Below are positions 53,659 through 63,551 of a stretch of 64,000 bases of DNA, piece by piece. The notes below the pieces were generated by a model. The model was not told the DNA's origin. It was given only the letters and a program-made list of their open reading frames with translations, and made no database searches. Where the stretch lies: NCBI GenBank assembly GCA_030427805.1, contig JAUICP010000004.1, positions 350,705 through 414,704 of the forward strand, given 5' to 3'. The translations under genes and the position numbers were made by a program. Positions within the stretch are counted from its first letter, which is position 1, and each line of letters begins with the position of its first letter. The stretch is from Bdellovibrionia bacterium. Its GTDB lineage: Bacteria; Bdellovibrionota; Bdellovibrionia; Bdellovibrionales; JAGQZY01.

Positions 53659-55101
53659 TTACTCCTTCAAACAAACTGTTTTTACTTCAGTAAAAAAATC
53701 AATGGAGTGATCCGCTCCCTCGCGGCCAAGGCCCGAAGCTTTTACTCCACCAAAAGGCATTTTTAAATCTCTAAGCATCCAAGTATTCACCCAGACAGTT
53801 CCCACATCGAGTGCCCGACTGACGCGAAGAGCCCGCGACTGACTTTCAGTCCAGATCGAAGCCGAAAGACCGTAAATGGTCTCATTAGCACACTTAAGAA
53901 CTTCCTCTTCTTCTTTAAAACTTTGAAGGGTGGCCACCGGGCCAAAGACTTCTTCTTTTTGAATGGCAGAGGATTCTTTTACGCCCGCCACAATGGTGGG
54001 ACTATAAAAATAACCACCGAGAAGTTCTTGTGAAACCTGGGGACGAGTCCCTCCTGCTAGAATTTCAGCGCCGTCGGCTCGCGCCCCCTCGACATAGCTT
54101 TCCACCTTATCCATATGGGATTTAGAAACCAAGGGGCCCATGAAGGTCGTAGCTTGCTTAGGGTCTCCCACTCGCAAATTCTTAACGGCTTCGACGAATT
54201 CTTTTTTAAACTCTTCAAAAATTCCTTCTTGAACATAGATCCGAGAGCCACAGAGACAAATTTCTCCCTGATTTAAGAAGGCCGAGCGAACGATCATCGG
54301 AACTATTTTTTTAACATTCACATCATCAAATATAATGGTTGGATTTTTTCCGCCCAATTCGAGACTGAGCTTCTTAAATTGCGGAGCGGCCGTTGTCGAA
54401 ATTTTCTTTCCAGTCTCAGTCCCCCCCGTAAATGAAATCAAAGGCACATCGGGGTGTGAGGTCAAAGCCTGCCCGGCCGTCGCTCCCCGTCCGAGAACGA
54501 TATTACAAACGCCTTTTGGAAGTCCGGCCTCATTCATAATAGAGCCGAGCATGACCGCTGTTCTCGATGTAAATTCAGAGGGCTTACAAACGGCCACATT
54601 ACCCGCCGCCAATGCTGGAGCAATTTTCCACGTCAATAAGTAGAGTGGAAGGTTCCAAGGAGATATCAGCCCTGTGACACCCACAGGTTTTCGCGAGGTA
54701 AAACTAATGGCCCCAGCCGAGTGATGGGAGGCCTCTTCTTTTCGATGGAGCATATGTCCGGCAAAATAACGGAAATTAAGTGAAGACCGCGGAATATCAA
54801 CCGAAGCTGCCAAGTGAACCGGCTTCCCCTGGTCACGACTTTCAGCTTCGGCCAATTCAGTTTTATTCTTACCGATCAGTTCAGAAATCTTAAATAAAAT
54901 TTTGGCCCGATCTTCAACCGATGTTTGCGACCACGTAGTGAAGGCTTCTTTAGCCGAACTCACGGCCCGAGCCACATCTTTAATATCGGAATCCGGTATC
55001 ATTGAGTCCACTTTGCCAGTCGAGGGATTGTAGTTCTCAAAATACCGACCACTTACAGGGGCCACAAATTCGCCGTTTATATAGTTCGAAAAACGCTCCA
55101 T
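53659..55101 (-). CDS. NAD-dependent aldehyde dehydrogenase (muconic-semialdehyde dehydrogenase-like)
   Basis: ALDH motifs are present: FTGGTETGKKI, ELGGKNP, NQGEICLCGSRIYV (catalytic Cys), EEVFGPV. Confidence 0.85.
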   Translation of the reverse strand: MERFSNYINGEFVAPVSGRYFENYNPSTGKVDSMIPDSDIKDVARAVSSAKEAFTTWSQTSVEDRAKILFKISELIGKNKTELAEAESRDQGKPVHLAASVDIPRSSLNFRYFAGHMLHRKEEASHHSAGAISFTSRKPVGVTGLISPWNLPLYLLTWKIAPALAAGNVAVCKPSEFTSRTAVMLGSIMNEAGLPKGVCNIVLGRGATAGQALTSHPDVPLISFTGGTETGKKISTTAAPQFKKLSLELGGKNPTIIFDDVNVKKIVPMIVRSAFLNQGEICLCGSRIYVQEGIFEEFKKEFVEAVKNLRVGDPKQATTFMGPLVSKSHMDKVESYVEGARADGAEILAGGTRPQVSQELLGGYFYSPTIVAGVKESSAIQKEEVFGPVATLQSFKEEEEVLKCANETIYGLSASIWTESQSRALRVSRALDVGTVWVNTWMLRDLKMPFGGVKASGLGREGADHSIDFFTEVKTVCLKE

Positions 55102-55118
55102 AAACTTTCGTCCACCCT

Positions 55119-56351
55119 CTAAGAAAACTCAGGAGCAACAAACTCCATAAAGTCTTTCATCATTTGCTTCACGTTTTCGTTATTGTGGTTATTAAAATCA
55201 AACCATAACATCAATCGATCACCCGGATTAAAGCGCTCTTTCATTTGTTCCACGATATCTTCGGGACTTCCCACCAAAGCATTATCCACGGCATTTGTGA
55301 TTTTCGCTGGATCCAATGTTCCTTGAATCGCCTTCCAGTAATTTTCTGTGGCCGATACCGCAGCTTTTCGTGCTTTTTCACGTTTTTCTTCGCGCGAGAG
55401 TTGTGCTTCGTTATTGATGAAGACCAATACCGTGCGTGGCATACGGTCTCTGCTCCACTCACCACCGTCGGCGTGGAAGTGCTTTTTCATACGCTCATGG
55501 GTCTGTTCAATTTGATCGTTGGGAGTGATCGATAGATTGAATACTCCAACGGGCAAAATTGTATTCGCAAAGTGCTGAACACCTGCCCAGTGGGCTCCGA
55601 TGGTGAGTCGCAAGTGCTCAAGAGAAGTTTCAAATGGTATAACTCCGACTTTAGGAAAATTCCAAAAAGGAGCAAAGCCAATTTCTTTAATGCTATTAAT
55701 GTTCTCACCCGACTCAGCAGCGTAGGCTCTTCTCACGTTATCCCAGTCTTCATCCGAACGGAAATCTTCTCGCGTAAGAACTTTCTTTGTTACTTGTTCT
55801 GAACTAAAAATTTCTCCCTTTAAAAAGCGAAGAAAGATTTCAGTGGCCTCCATAAAGACTTTACCTTTAAGAGCGGGCCAAGCCTCTTTTTCTGTGGCAG
55901 TTCTCGGGTGAACTCCGTAGGGAATGTTCGAAAAAGGAAATCTCCCCGATGCAAAACCAATATCAAGGATTCGATTTTCTCCAGGAGTCATATCGTGCAA
56001 AGAGAGAAATGTTTTAATTCTCTCAGCGTGGGCGATAGGCCCTCCATTGCACTGAATATTCATAATCGCTGAACCAACGTTAAGGTTTTTTGTCTGCGCA
56101 AATATTTTGTGGGCGAGCTGCAAAATGTCGGTATTGAGACCAATCTCACCTTTAAAATGAGGAATCACAGCTGCAGGGTTTTGTTTTTGGACCTGACAAG
56201 AGAGGTGAGTTTCGGCCACCCAAGCCGTTCCGAATTTTAATTGATCGGCCAAATGGACCTGATCAAAAAAGTTTTCCCACATGACCCTTTCCGAGGGAAG
56301 GTAGCCATCAACTTCTGTCTGACATATTGAAAAGAAAATATCAAATTTCAT
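55119..56351 (-). CDS. luciferase-like (LLM-class) flavin-dependent monooxygenase
   Basis: The ATG at 56351 forms an ATGA overlap with the SDR stop. The TIM-barrel LLM-like N-terminus is MKFDIFFSICQ...LKFGTAWVAETHLS. The assignment is by eye. Confidence 0.6.
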   Translation of the reverse strand: MKFDIFFSICQTEVDGYLPSERVMWENFFDQVHLADQLKFGTAWVAETHLSCQVQKQNPAAVIPHFKGEIGLNTDILQLAHKIFAQTKNLNVGSAIMNIQCNGGPIAHAERIKTFLSLHDMTPGENRILDIGFASGRFPFSNIPYGVHPRTATEKEAWPALKGKVFMEATEIFLRFLKGEIFSSEQVTKKVLTREDFRSDEDWDNVRRAYAAESGENINSIKEIGFAPFWNFPKVGVIPFETSLEHLRLTIGAHWAGVQHFANTILPVGVFNLSITPNDQIEQTHERMKKHFHADGGEWSRDRMPRTVLVFINNEAQLSREEKREKARKAAVSATENYWKAIQGTLDPAKITNAVDNALVGSPEDIVEQMKERFNPGDRLMLWFDFNNHNNENVKQMMKDFMEFVAPEFS

Positions 56352-57115
56352 AAACAACCCAACCTTCCACCATCAACGGCGATATTTTGTCCAGTTATGT
56401 AAGCCCCCATGGGAGAGGCAATAAATGCCGCGAGTCCTGCAATTTCACCCGGCTCACCAAATCGTCCCGCGGGAACAGTCGATAGCCACTTTTTCTCAAT
56501 TTCTTCTTTAGAAGTATTGGCTTTTTGAGCGGCCCCTTCCATCAGAGAAGAGAGTCTCGGTGTGTTGGTAAAGCCCGGCATCAGGTTGTTTACCGTAATC
56601 CCGAACGGCGCGAGTTCTAAAGAAAGAGTTTTCAAGTAGCTCGCCATCGCCGCACGAACTGTATTGGAAACTCCCAAGTGAGGAATCGGAACTTTTACGG
56701 ACGTTGACGTTATTGAAATAAAGCGTCCATAGGATTTTTCTTTCATAGGCCCCATGGTAGCGCGCACGATTTCACTGGTGAGCCCGAGGTGCTGATTAAT
56801 TGCACTGGTAAATTCTTCGGGCTGGGCTTGAGATATTGGGCCCGCATTAGGTCCCCCCGAATTGAACACAACGATATCAAACTCTTTACCATCAATGTGA
56901 CTCATCAGACTTTGGTGGTCATTGTGATCAGCGGCAAAAAACGAATGGGATTCTCCTTCGAGATTCTCCACGATCTTTTTGAGTTTATCTTCACTTCTAG
57001 AAGTGAGAGTGCATTGGGCACCGGCCTGAGCCAGGCTCGCGGAGATGGCCTCACCAATTCCTTGGGAGGCCCCTAGGATCAAGGCTTTCTTGGATTGCAA
57101 ATCAATAGCTAACAA
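56348..57115 (-). CDS. short-chain dehydrogenase/reductase
   Basis: The TTG start lies 6 nt after AAAGGAG. The Rossmann motif is KKALILGASQGIGEAI, followed by NSGG and a C-terminal ITGQNIAVDGG. Confidence 0.75.
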   Translation of the reverse strand: MLAIDLQSKKALILGASQGIGEAISASLAQAGAQCTLTSRSEDKLKKIVENLEGESHSFFAADHNDHQSLMSHIDGKEFDIVVFNSGGPNAGPISQAQPEEFTSAINQHLGLTSEIVRATMGPMKEKSYGRFISITSTSVKVPIPHLGVSNTVRAAMASYLKTLSLELAPFGITVNNLMPGFTNTPRLSSLMEGAAQKANTSKEEIEKKWLSTVPAGRFGEPGEIAGLAAFIASPMGAYITGQNIAVDGGRLGCL

Positions 57116-57242
57116 GACGAAGCTCCTTTATTTAAAGCCATAAAAATAAACATGAATTAACGACTTTTTACACTACTTGATGCGCTAAGCTATTGAAAGC
57201 ATTGGCGCATTTTGCACTCAAATCGTGTATATTGATGATGGT

Positions 57243-57488
57243 ATGAAGAAAGAGCCCACTTTAGATCTCCATGGTTATAAATTTATAGACGTCGTCGATG
57301 CTGTTGATCGCTTTATCATGAAGCACCACACAAAACGTCGTGTACGCATCATGCCCGGAAAAGGAACCGGCAAGGTAAAATCGGAGGTCATTAACTACCT
57401 TAAATTGGGTGGCTACCCTTGGGAGTACGAACAGCTTGCCAATGGTTCACGCAATCAAGGAGTCTTAGTGGTCTTTTTGGGAGATTGA
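57243..57488 (+). CDS. Smr-domain protein
   Basis: The Smr pattern is LDLHGYKFIDVVDAVDRFI...VRIMPGKGTGKVKSEVINYL. Confidence 0.7.
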   Translation: MKKEPTLDLHGYKFIDVVDAVDRFIMKHHTKRRVRIMPGKGTGKVKSEVINYLKLGGYPWEYEQLANGSRNQGVLVVFLGD

Positions 57489-57493
57489 AAGGA

Positions 57494-58015
57494 ATGGCCT
57501 TGGAACGTCTATTATGGATTGATTTAGAAATGTCGGGACTCGATGTGCAAAAAGAACGCATCATAGAGGCCGCCGCAATTGCCACAGATATGGAATTCAA
57601 TGAACTGGATACCTACCACGCCATTGTTAAACAGGACCAATCTTTTATCGACAATATGGATGAGTGGAATGTCGAACACCACGGCAAAAGCGGCCTTCTT
57701 GCGGAAATCCCCAATGGCAAAGATCCAGCAGTTGTCGAAAAAGAGCTCTGCGCCTTTGTCGATAAGAATTTTACTGAAGCACCTGTCTTGGCCGGAAATT
57801 CTATTGCTCACGACAGACTTTTTATTCGCACCTATTTTAAAGAGCTCGCATCCAAACTCCACTATCGTCTTCTCGATGTGACCAGTTGGAAAATTCTTAT
57901 GCATGGCAAGTATGGTTATGATTACCCGAAAAAAGAAGCCCATCGCGCCCTGGACGATATCCGTGAATCCATTGCCGAGTTGAAATTCTACCAAGAAAAA
58001 ATTCTTAAACCCTAA
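57494..58015 (+). CDS. orn: oligoribonuclease
   Basis: The ATG at 57494 follows AAAGGA. The DEDDh exonuclease motifs are LLWIDLEMSGLD, NSIAHDRLFI and HRALDDIRESI. Confidence 0.9.
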   Translation: MALERLLWIDLEMSGLDVQKERIIEAAAIATDMEFNELDTYHAIVKQDQSFIDNMDEWNVEHHGKSGLLAEIPNGKDPAVVEKELCAFVDKNFTEAPVLAGNSIAHDRLFIRTYFKELASKLHYRLLDVTSWKILMHGKYGYDYPKKEAHRALDDIRESIAELKFYQEKILKP

Positions 58016-58051
58016 CTCCTATTAACAGAACGTAGTGAGGCCTTTGGAATC

Positions 58052-59149
58052 GTGAAAAAAACATCTCTGCTAAACCTAGGCCTGTTTATTTTCAGTCTTT
58101 GGATCTCTGCTGAAATAGCGGGTTACTTTCTAACAGTTCGCTTTCCAGATAACTTCCATAGCAAAAAGCACTATTTGCGTCCCGTTAATAGATCGAGCAA
58201 AGCTTACCACCAAAAATATGGCTTTATGGGATCTGAAGTCGATAAAAGTAAAGGACGTCACATTTTTAAAGGTCCTATTAAAATGGCTGCCTTCGGAGAT
58301 TCGTTTACTTATGGCGACGAAGTAGAAGCCCACGAGACTTGGACCTACCTATTGTCTGAGAGAACTTCTTCTTGGGTTCAAAACTTTGGCGTAAACTCCT
58401 GGGGGTTTGATCAAGCTCTTCTCTACTACGAAGAAAAAGCCAGTGACCTGCCCTCCCACTCCTTTATCGTTCTTGGCATTATCAGTGACCACCTTAAAAG
58501 AATTCTAAATAATTATCGAAGGGCTTGTTCCTTTAGCTCCGGCATGTTTATGACCAAACCTCGGTTCCTACCTCACGAAGACGGCGTAAAATTAATTCCC
58601 AATCCAATTCGATCCCGTGAAGATCTCGATCAATTAAGCCACTGGAAGAGCCTTGCCCCTATCCTCAATCAAGACGGATGTTATAATGAAAGGACTCGAA
58701 AGTGGGGCTCGCTCAACCAATTTCCCTACGCAAAAACTTTTTTTCGAGCCGTTTTTCATTTACTCAATGGAACTCCCTTAGGAAACAACTTAACATTGGA
58801 ACCCGAAAATGAAGTCGGATTAAAAGTAACTATGGGGATATTGAATCGATTTAGAAAAGTGACTGAAAGTCACCGGCAAATCCCAGTCGTTCTTTATTAT
58901 CCAGAAGAACACACCTTACGCTCCTATTGCCGAAAGAAATCTAGAGGAAGTGAACTCGACCCCTATGGCTTAAAGATAAGAGAATTTTCTAAATCGCTGA
59001 ATATTCAATTCATCGGCCCATCGAGAGAGTGGCTTCAACACCTCTGCTCCTCAAAGGACAATCTCTTCGAAAAGAGGTACCACCCGAGTCCGAAACTTCA
59101 CAGCTTCATTGCCGAATTAGTTTACGAAAAGGTGTTTGAAGAGAACTAA
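58052..59149 (+). CDS. membrane-anchored SGNH/GDSL-type hydrolase
   Basis: The start is GTG. The TM segment is LLNLGLFIFSLWISAEIAGYF. Block I is MAAFGDSFTYGDE. Confidence 0.6.
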   Translation: MKKTSLLNLGLFIFSLWISAEIAGYFLTVRFPDNFHSKKHYLRPVNRSSKAYHQKYGFMGSEVDKSKGRHIFKGPIKMAAFGDSFTYGDEVEAHETWTYLLSERTSSWVQNFGVNSWGFDQALLYYEEKASDLPSHSFIVLGIISDHLKRILNNYRRACSFSSGMFMTKPRFLPHEDGVKLIPNPIRSREDLDQLSHWKSLAPILNQDGCYNERTRKWGSLNQFPYAKTFFRAVFHLLNGTPLGNNLTLEPENEVGLKVTMGILNRFRKVTESHRQIPVVLYYPEEHTLRSYCRKKSRGSELDPYGLKIREFSKSLNIQFIGPSREWLQHLCSSKDNLFEKRYHPSPKLHSFIAELVYEKVFEEN

Positions 59150-59203
59150 AAGCGAAGTCTAGCATGGGGCACTCAAGTGGCTCTCTGAGTGAAAGAACGG
59201 CAT

Positions 59204-59234
59204 AAAAAAAGCCAAGCATTTCTGCTTGGCTTTT
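59204..59234. terminator. bidirectional rho-independent terminator between convergent genes
   Basis: The stem GCCAAGCA (59211-18) / TGCTTGGC (59223-30) with loop TTTC is flanked by A7 on one side and T4 on the other. Confidence 0.7.
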
Positions 59235-59258
59235 CGTATTGAATCTTTTGAATCAATA

Positions 59259-60650
59259 TTAGTAACGATAATGCTCAGGCTTAAATGGTCCCTCAGCTGG
59301 AAGACCAAGGTAATCTGATTGCTTCTTAGAAAGCTCAGTCAGGTTAACACCGAGTTTACCAAGGTGAAGCTTAGCCACTTTCTCGTCGAGTTCTTTAGGA
59401 AGAACGTAAACGCCAACATCTTGGTACTTTTTACCGTTAGTGAAAAGGTCGATTTGCGCAAGAACTTGGTTTGTGAACGAAGTACTCATTACAAACGAAG
59501 AGTGTCCCGTAGCGCAACCAAGGTTTACCAGACGACCTTTAGCAAGAACGATAATCTCACGACCATCTTTAAAGCGGTGAATATCAACCTGAGGCTTCAC
59601 TTCACGCATTTCTGTGTTTTTGTTCAACCAAGCCATGTCGATTTCGATATCGAAGTGACCAATGTTACAAACGATCGCACCGTGCTTCATGGCATTGAAG
59701 TGTTTATCGGTAAGGATATCGAGACACCCGGTCGCTGTTACAAAAATATCGGCAACAGGAGCAGCCTGTTCCATAGTTACAACTTCGAAACCTTCCATTG
59801 CGGCTTGAAGCGCACAAATTGGATCGATTTCTGTAACGAGAACTCGAGCACCAAAACCGCGCATTGAGTGGGCAGAACCCTTACCAACATCACCGTAACC
59901 AGCGACAACAACGACTTTACCAGCCATCATCACATCAGTGGCACGCTTAATTCCATCGGCGAGAGATTCACGACAGCCGTAGAGGTTATCGAATTTAGAC
60001 TTCGTTACTGAATCATTGACGTTGATTGCAGGAACCTTAAGTTCATTCTTTTCGAGCATTTTAATGAGGTTGTGAACACCAGTCGTCGTCTCTTCAGAGA
60101 TACCGATGACCTTCTCCATTTGCTTTGCGTACTTAGGCAAATGCATCATATTGGTAAGATCACCACCGTCATCAAGAATCAAATTGAAGCCTTCATCGCC
60201 CCAACCCTCAATTGTTTGCTCAACGCACCAGTTATACTCTTCTTCCGTCTCACCTTTCCAAGCGAAAACGGGGAAGCCAGCAGCGGCGATCGCTACGGCA
60301 GCATGGTCTTGAGTCGAAAAGATGTTACAAGATGACCATCTGACTTCAGCACCAAGGTCTCTAAGAGTTTCAATAAGAACAGCCGTCTGAATTGTCATGT
60401 GAAGACAACCAGTGATTTTAGCGCCCTTGAGGGGCTCACGACCCTTGTATTCTTCGCGAAGAGACATAAGGCCCGGCATTTCAGTTTCAGCGATAGTGAT
60501 TTCTTCTCGTCCCCAACGAGCCAGTCTTTCAAACTCAGCAGGATCTTCCATTGCTGCTTTACAGACGCGATAGTCGGGAGCTCCAGCAGTCGTTTTAGGA
60601 GCTGTTTTTACAGTAATCATTTCATTCATAGTCGTTCCTGACATTTCCAT
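59259..60650 (-). CDS. ahcY: adenosylhomocysteinase
   Basis: The motifs are [39 protein letters not shown] and the C-terminal ...KPEHYRY. The ATG at 60650 lies 8 nt after GGAG. Confidence 0.9.
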   Translation of the reverse strand: MEMSGTTMNEMITVKTAPKTTAGAPDYRVCKAAMEDPAEFERLARWGREEITIAETEMPGLMSLREEYKGREPLKGAKITGCLHMTIQTAVLIETLRDLGAEVRWSSCNIFSTQDHAAVAIAAAGFPVFAWKGETEEEYNWCVEQTIEGWGDEGFNLILDDGGDLTNMMHLPKYAKQMEKVIGISEETTTGVHNLIKMLEKNELKVPAINVNDSVTKSKFDNLYGCRESLADGIKRATDVMMAGKVVVVAGYGDVGKGSAHSMRGFGARVLVTEIDPICALQAAMEGFEVVTMEQAAPVADIFVTATGCLDILTDKHFNAMKHGAIVCNIGHFDIEIDMAWLNKNTEMREVKPQVDIHRFKDGREIIVLAKGRLVNLGCATGHSSFVMSTSFTNQVLAQIDLFTNGKKYQDVGVYVLPKELDEKVAKLHLGKLGVNLTELSKKQSDYLGLPAEGPFKPEHYRY

Positions 60651-60741
60651 TAATATACTCCAACATGGGATTGTTTAAATTATTCTGAACTATTTAAACC
60701 GAGATCTACAGGGGAATCAAGCCCCGAAGTCGATACCGGAA

Positions 60742-61497
60742 TTAAGGCAGCGTGAGAATTTCATACCCTGTATCAGTAATCAAGACGGTGTGCTCAAACT
60801 GAGCAGAGAGGCTTTGATCACCGGTCAGATAGTACTTAATTTCAGACTTGGGGATATCAAATTCGCGAATGGGAACACTAGTTTCATTTAACATGGGTTC
60901 TACGGTTATTGTGCCCCATGTTAGCAAGCGATCACCACGCCCCTTTTTGCCAAACGAAGGAACAAATGGGTCTTCGTGAAAATTGCGCCCAATACCGTGG
61001 CCACCAATCTCTTCGACCACGTAAAAGCCTTTTCGGGTGACAAATTTGTTGATGGCAAAGCCAATGTCTCCGGTCGTTCCGCCGGGCTCGATTGCTTCAA
61101 TTCCTCGCTCCATGGCCTTTTTAGCAGAGTCTACTAAATGCGCCGTCGAGCTCGGGACATCTCCAATGATAAAGGTACGGGAGGTATCACCGTGAAAGCC
61201 GTGCTTAATAGTGGTCACATCCACATTAATAATGTCTCCATCTTTAAGTGGAGTATCGTCCGGTAAGCCGTGACAGATACAATCGTTGACCGACGTACAA
61301 ATCGACTTTGGATATCCCTTGTAGTTAAGAGGAGCTGGAGTGGCCTCGTGGCTCATTGTGTAGTCGTACACGATCTGATCCAGTTCATTGGTGGTCACAC
61401 CCGCTTTTACGTATTTGGCCACATGATCTAGCGTACGAGCCGCTAGCTGGCAGGCTTCAGTCATGAGACGAATGTCATTGGCAGTTTTTACTGTCAT
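60742..61497 (-). CDS. map: type I methionine aminopeptidase
   Basis: The ATG at 61497 follows AGAGGTAA (MTVKTANDI...). The metal-ligand blocks are DGDIINVDVT, FHGDTS, GHGIG and FEHTV. Confidence 0.9.
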   Translation of the reverse strand: MTVKTANDIRLMTEACQLAARTLDHVAKYVKAGVTTNELDQIVYDYTMSHEATPAPLNYKGYPKSICTSVNDCICHGLPDDTPLKDGDIINVDVTTIKHGFHGDTSRTFIIGDVPSSTAHLVDSAKKAMERGIEAIEPGGTTGDIGFAINKFVTRKGFYVVEEIGGHGIGRNFHEDPFVPSFGKKGRGDRLLTWGTITVEPMLNETSVPIREFDIPKSEIKYYLTGDQSLSAQFEHTVLITDTGYEILTLP

Positions 61498-61607
61498 CGA
61501 ATTACCTCTATATAAATGATGCCTTAGGTCTAGCCGAAAAAGAACTGGAGGGCAACTGGAAGGAGCCTGAAATTCCCTGTCCGAGGCCATTTCAAGTCTT
61601 AAGATAT

Positions 61608-61636
61608 AAAAAAACCCCGCTCTGGGAGCAGGGTTT
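61608..61636 (-). terminator. rho-independent terminator of the H1/SWIB gene
   Basis: On the minus strand the sequence is AAACCCTGCTCCCAGAGCGGGGTTTTTTT. It forms a hairpin with one mismatch, followed by T7. Confidence 0.6.
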
Positions 61637-61666
61637 CGATCAATTCATAGAATATTTTTCAATGAA

Positions 61667-62188
61667 TTAAGTCAAATATGGAGACTTTAAGACCTTACCG
61701 ATCTCAGTCATGTGGATTTGACCCTTTTTGAAAAGCTTCTTCAACTTAGCGTCCGTATTGATTTTACGTCCGTCTTTCTTGTCTTGAAGACCGTTTTTCT
61801 TGATGTACTCCCACATTTTCTTCATAACCTGACCGCGAGGAAGAGCTTTTCCTCCAACGATATCTGCGAGGTCAGAATTGGGCTGAAGCTTCACGAGGAG
61901 AGCTGGATTCGCTTTTCTCTTCTTCTTCTTTACCGCTTTTTTCTTAGTGGTCTTTTTCTTAGCAGCTTTTTTCGTAGTCTTTTTCTTAGCTGCCTTCTTT
62001 TTGGTAGTCTTTTTCTTACTTACCTTTTTCTTAGCCGCCTTCTTAGTTGTTTTCTTTTTAGCAGCTTTTTTTGTTGTTTTCTTCTTCGCAGCCTTTTTTG
62101 TTGTCTTTTTCTTGGCTACTTTTCTTTTTGCTGCCTTTTTAGTTGTTTTTTTCTTTGCAGCTTTTTTCTTAGCTTTTCTCTTTGCCAT
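61667..62188 (-). CDS. histone-H1-like lysine-rich repeat protein fused to a SWIB/MDM2 domain
   Basis: The N-terminal roughly 95 aa are (A/T)KKKTTKKAAKK repeats. The C-terminal segment PNSDLADIVGGKALPRGQVMKKMWEYIKKNGLQDKKDGRKINTDAKLKKLF fits the SWIB/MDM2 pattern. Confidence 0.8.
   Translation of the reverse strand: MAKRKAKKKAAKKKTTKKAAKRKVAKKKTTKKAAKKKTTKKAAKKKTTKKAAKKKVSKKKTTKKKAAKKKTTKKAAKKKTTKKKAVKKKKRKANPALLVKLQPNSDLADIVGGKALPRGQVMKKMWEYIKKNGLQDKKDGRKINTDAKLKKLFKKGQIHMTEIGKVLKSPYLT
61930..62170 (-). repeat. imperfect 27-nt tandem repeats encoding KKKTTKKAA units
   Basis: The plus strand reads as successive agt(g/t)gt(c/t)ttt(t)tcttagc(a/t)gc(c/t)ttttt units. Copies differ mostly at synonymous positions. 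Confidence 0.8.
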
Positions 62189-62393
62189 CGAATGATTCCT
62201 CCTAAAAAGGCAAAAACTTATATCAATGCCTTACATAGATCATAGCCACACATCTTTTTCTAAACCAAAAAAAAAATGCACTAAATTCATTTTTTTTTAA
62301 AAAAAATTGAATCCGCCCCTTTTGAAAGTCAGAATTTCTACCGAAATTCCCCTGGGAAAATTCTCGCAAACGCCCTGCTACAGTAACTTTGAG

Positions 62394-63551
62394 CTATTTC
62401 TTCAGTTTCTTCTCAAGGAAAATATAGCTTAAGATACTCAGCAGTAAAAGTGCAGGACCTAGCGACATAGCCTGTTTCAAACCGAACCGATCTGCTATGA
62501 ATCCGAAGCCAAAATGGATAATTGAAAGAGAAATCCCCACACCGAGTATCGCTTTTGCAATAAAATTAGCCCCTACACTACTCGATTTATGACTGAGATA
62601 CTCCATTGAAACGGGAAAAACGCCAGACATTGTTAGTCCGCACAGGCATAAAAACAAAGGATCAAGACTGAGACCGGCTAAGGTAGAGAGGAAACTGGCA
62701 CTCAGTAACAGCATCAAGATTCTAAAATCACTCCAACGAAAATGGACGAGAGTAAATAAGAGTCGCCCCAAAAGCAGGCCAGCAAAGAAAAACGACAGAT
62801 AGTTGTAACTAGCAGCCTCAGTAAATCCGAGGATTTTTTGCAGATAAAGGACCAATCTTGTAGAGATCAATAGCTCTGATCCGACATAGGCTCCAACGGC
62901 CATCCCCACGAGTACCGATAAAAGAGTCCTCCCCTGCTTTGCCCCCTCTTCAGAGGGGTGAAACTCCCTTTCTTCAAGTTTGAGGTAGAAGTGGCTCATG
63001 ATTATCAAGGCAATGGGGACCACACTCATCAACAAAAAGAGGCTCGGCCAGGAAAATCCTAAATCAAGAGTCCAGAATTTCAAGATGATGGGAGCTAGAA
63101 AGGAAGCTAAGCCATACATCGAATGGAGGCCCGAAAAGACTTTGCGTCGATGAACCTCGGTAAAGCCTTGGGCAACCAGGAGATTTTGCGTGAGGGCGAG
63201 CCCTCCAAAACCAAGGCCTGTGAAAATAACTGAGGCCCAAAATGCTAAGGGGTAGGAATTTAAACCTAACAGCAAACTCCCCAGTGCCATGAACCCGAGG
63301 GCTATTTTATGGAGTCCCTTGATTTTAAAACGAGCAATGAGAGCTTCACCAAAGAGCGAGATCAAAAGCACCATGAGAGAAGGCAGGCTAAAAAAGAGCG
63401 CCCCCGTGCTCTGATTCAATCCCAGTTCTTGCAGAATTCGTGGATAGACCGGTCCTCGCATATTATCGAAAAAACCCAAAGCGAAGAGGCTCGAGTAGAC
63501 GAGCAGAAGAAGTGTCCAATTAAAAAGATTGAGGCCCCGGGACTGATTCAT
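62394..63551 (-). CDS. MFS transporter (12-TM type)
   Basis: The ORF was trimmed to ATG 63551 (MNQSRGLNLFNWTLLLL...). The MFS loop motif is FFDNMRGPVYPRI. The sequence is hydrophobic throughout. Confidence 0.75.
   Translation of the reverse strand: MNQSRGLNLFNWTLLLLVYSSLFALGFFDNMRGPVYPRILQELGLNQSTGALFFSLPSLMVLLISLFGEALIARFKIKGLHKIALGFMALGSLLLGLNSYPLAFWASVIFTGLGFGGLALTQNLLVAQGFTEVHRRKVFSGLHSMYGLASFLAPIILKFWTLDLGFSWPSLFLLMSVVPIALIIMSHFYLKLEEREFHPSEEGAKQGRTLLSVLVGMAVGAYVGSELLISTRLVLYLQKILGFTEAASYNYLSFFFAGLLLGRLLFTLVHFRWSDFRILMLLLSASFLSTLAGLSLDPLFLCLCGLTMSGVFPVSMEYLSHKSSSVGANFIAKAILGVGISLSIIHFGFGFIADRFGLKQAMSLGPALLLLSILSYIFLEKKLKK

Noticed and set aside
57524-57994. 156-aa minus-strand ORF and 100-aa plus-strand ORF overlapping orn
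   Set aside because: Oligoribonuclease motifs unambiguously define the real frame. The others are shadow ORFs.
59319-60641. Plus-strand ORFs (182, 87, 68 and 80 aa) opposite ahcY
   Set aside because: They are antisense shadows of a highly conserved housekeeping gene.
61712-62245. Plus-strand ORFs of 177 aa and 82 aa, rich in F/L/S/C
   Set aside because: They are the exact antisense of the lysine-repeat (AAG/AAA-rich) H1/SWIB gene. Poly-Phe/Leu content is the expected mirror artefact, and there is no Shine-Dalgarno site.
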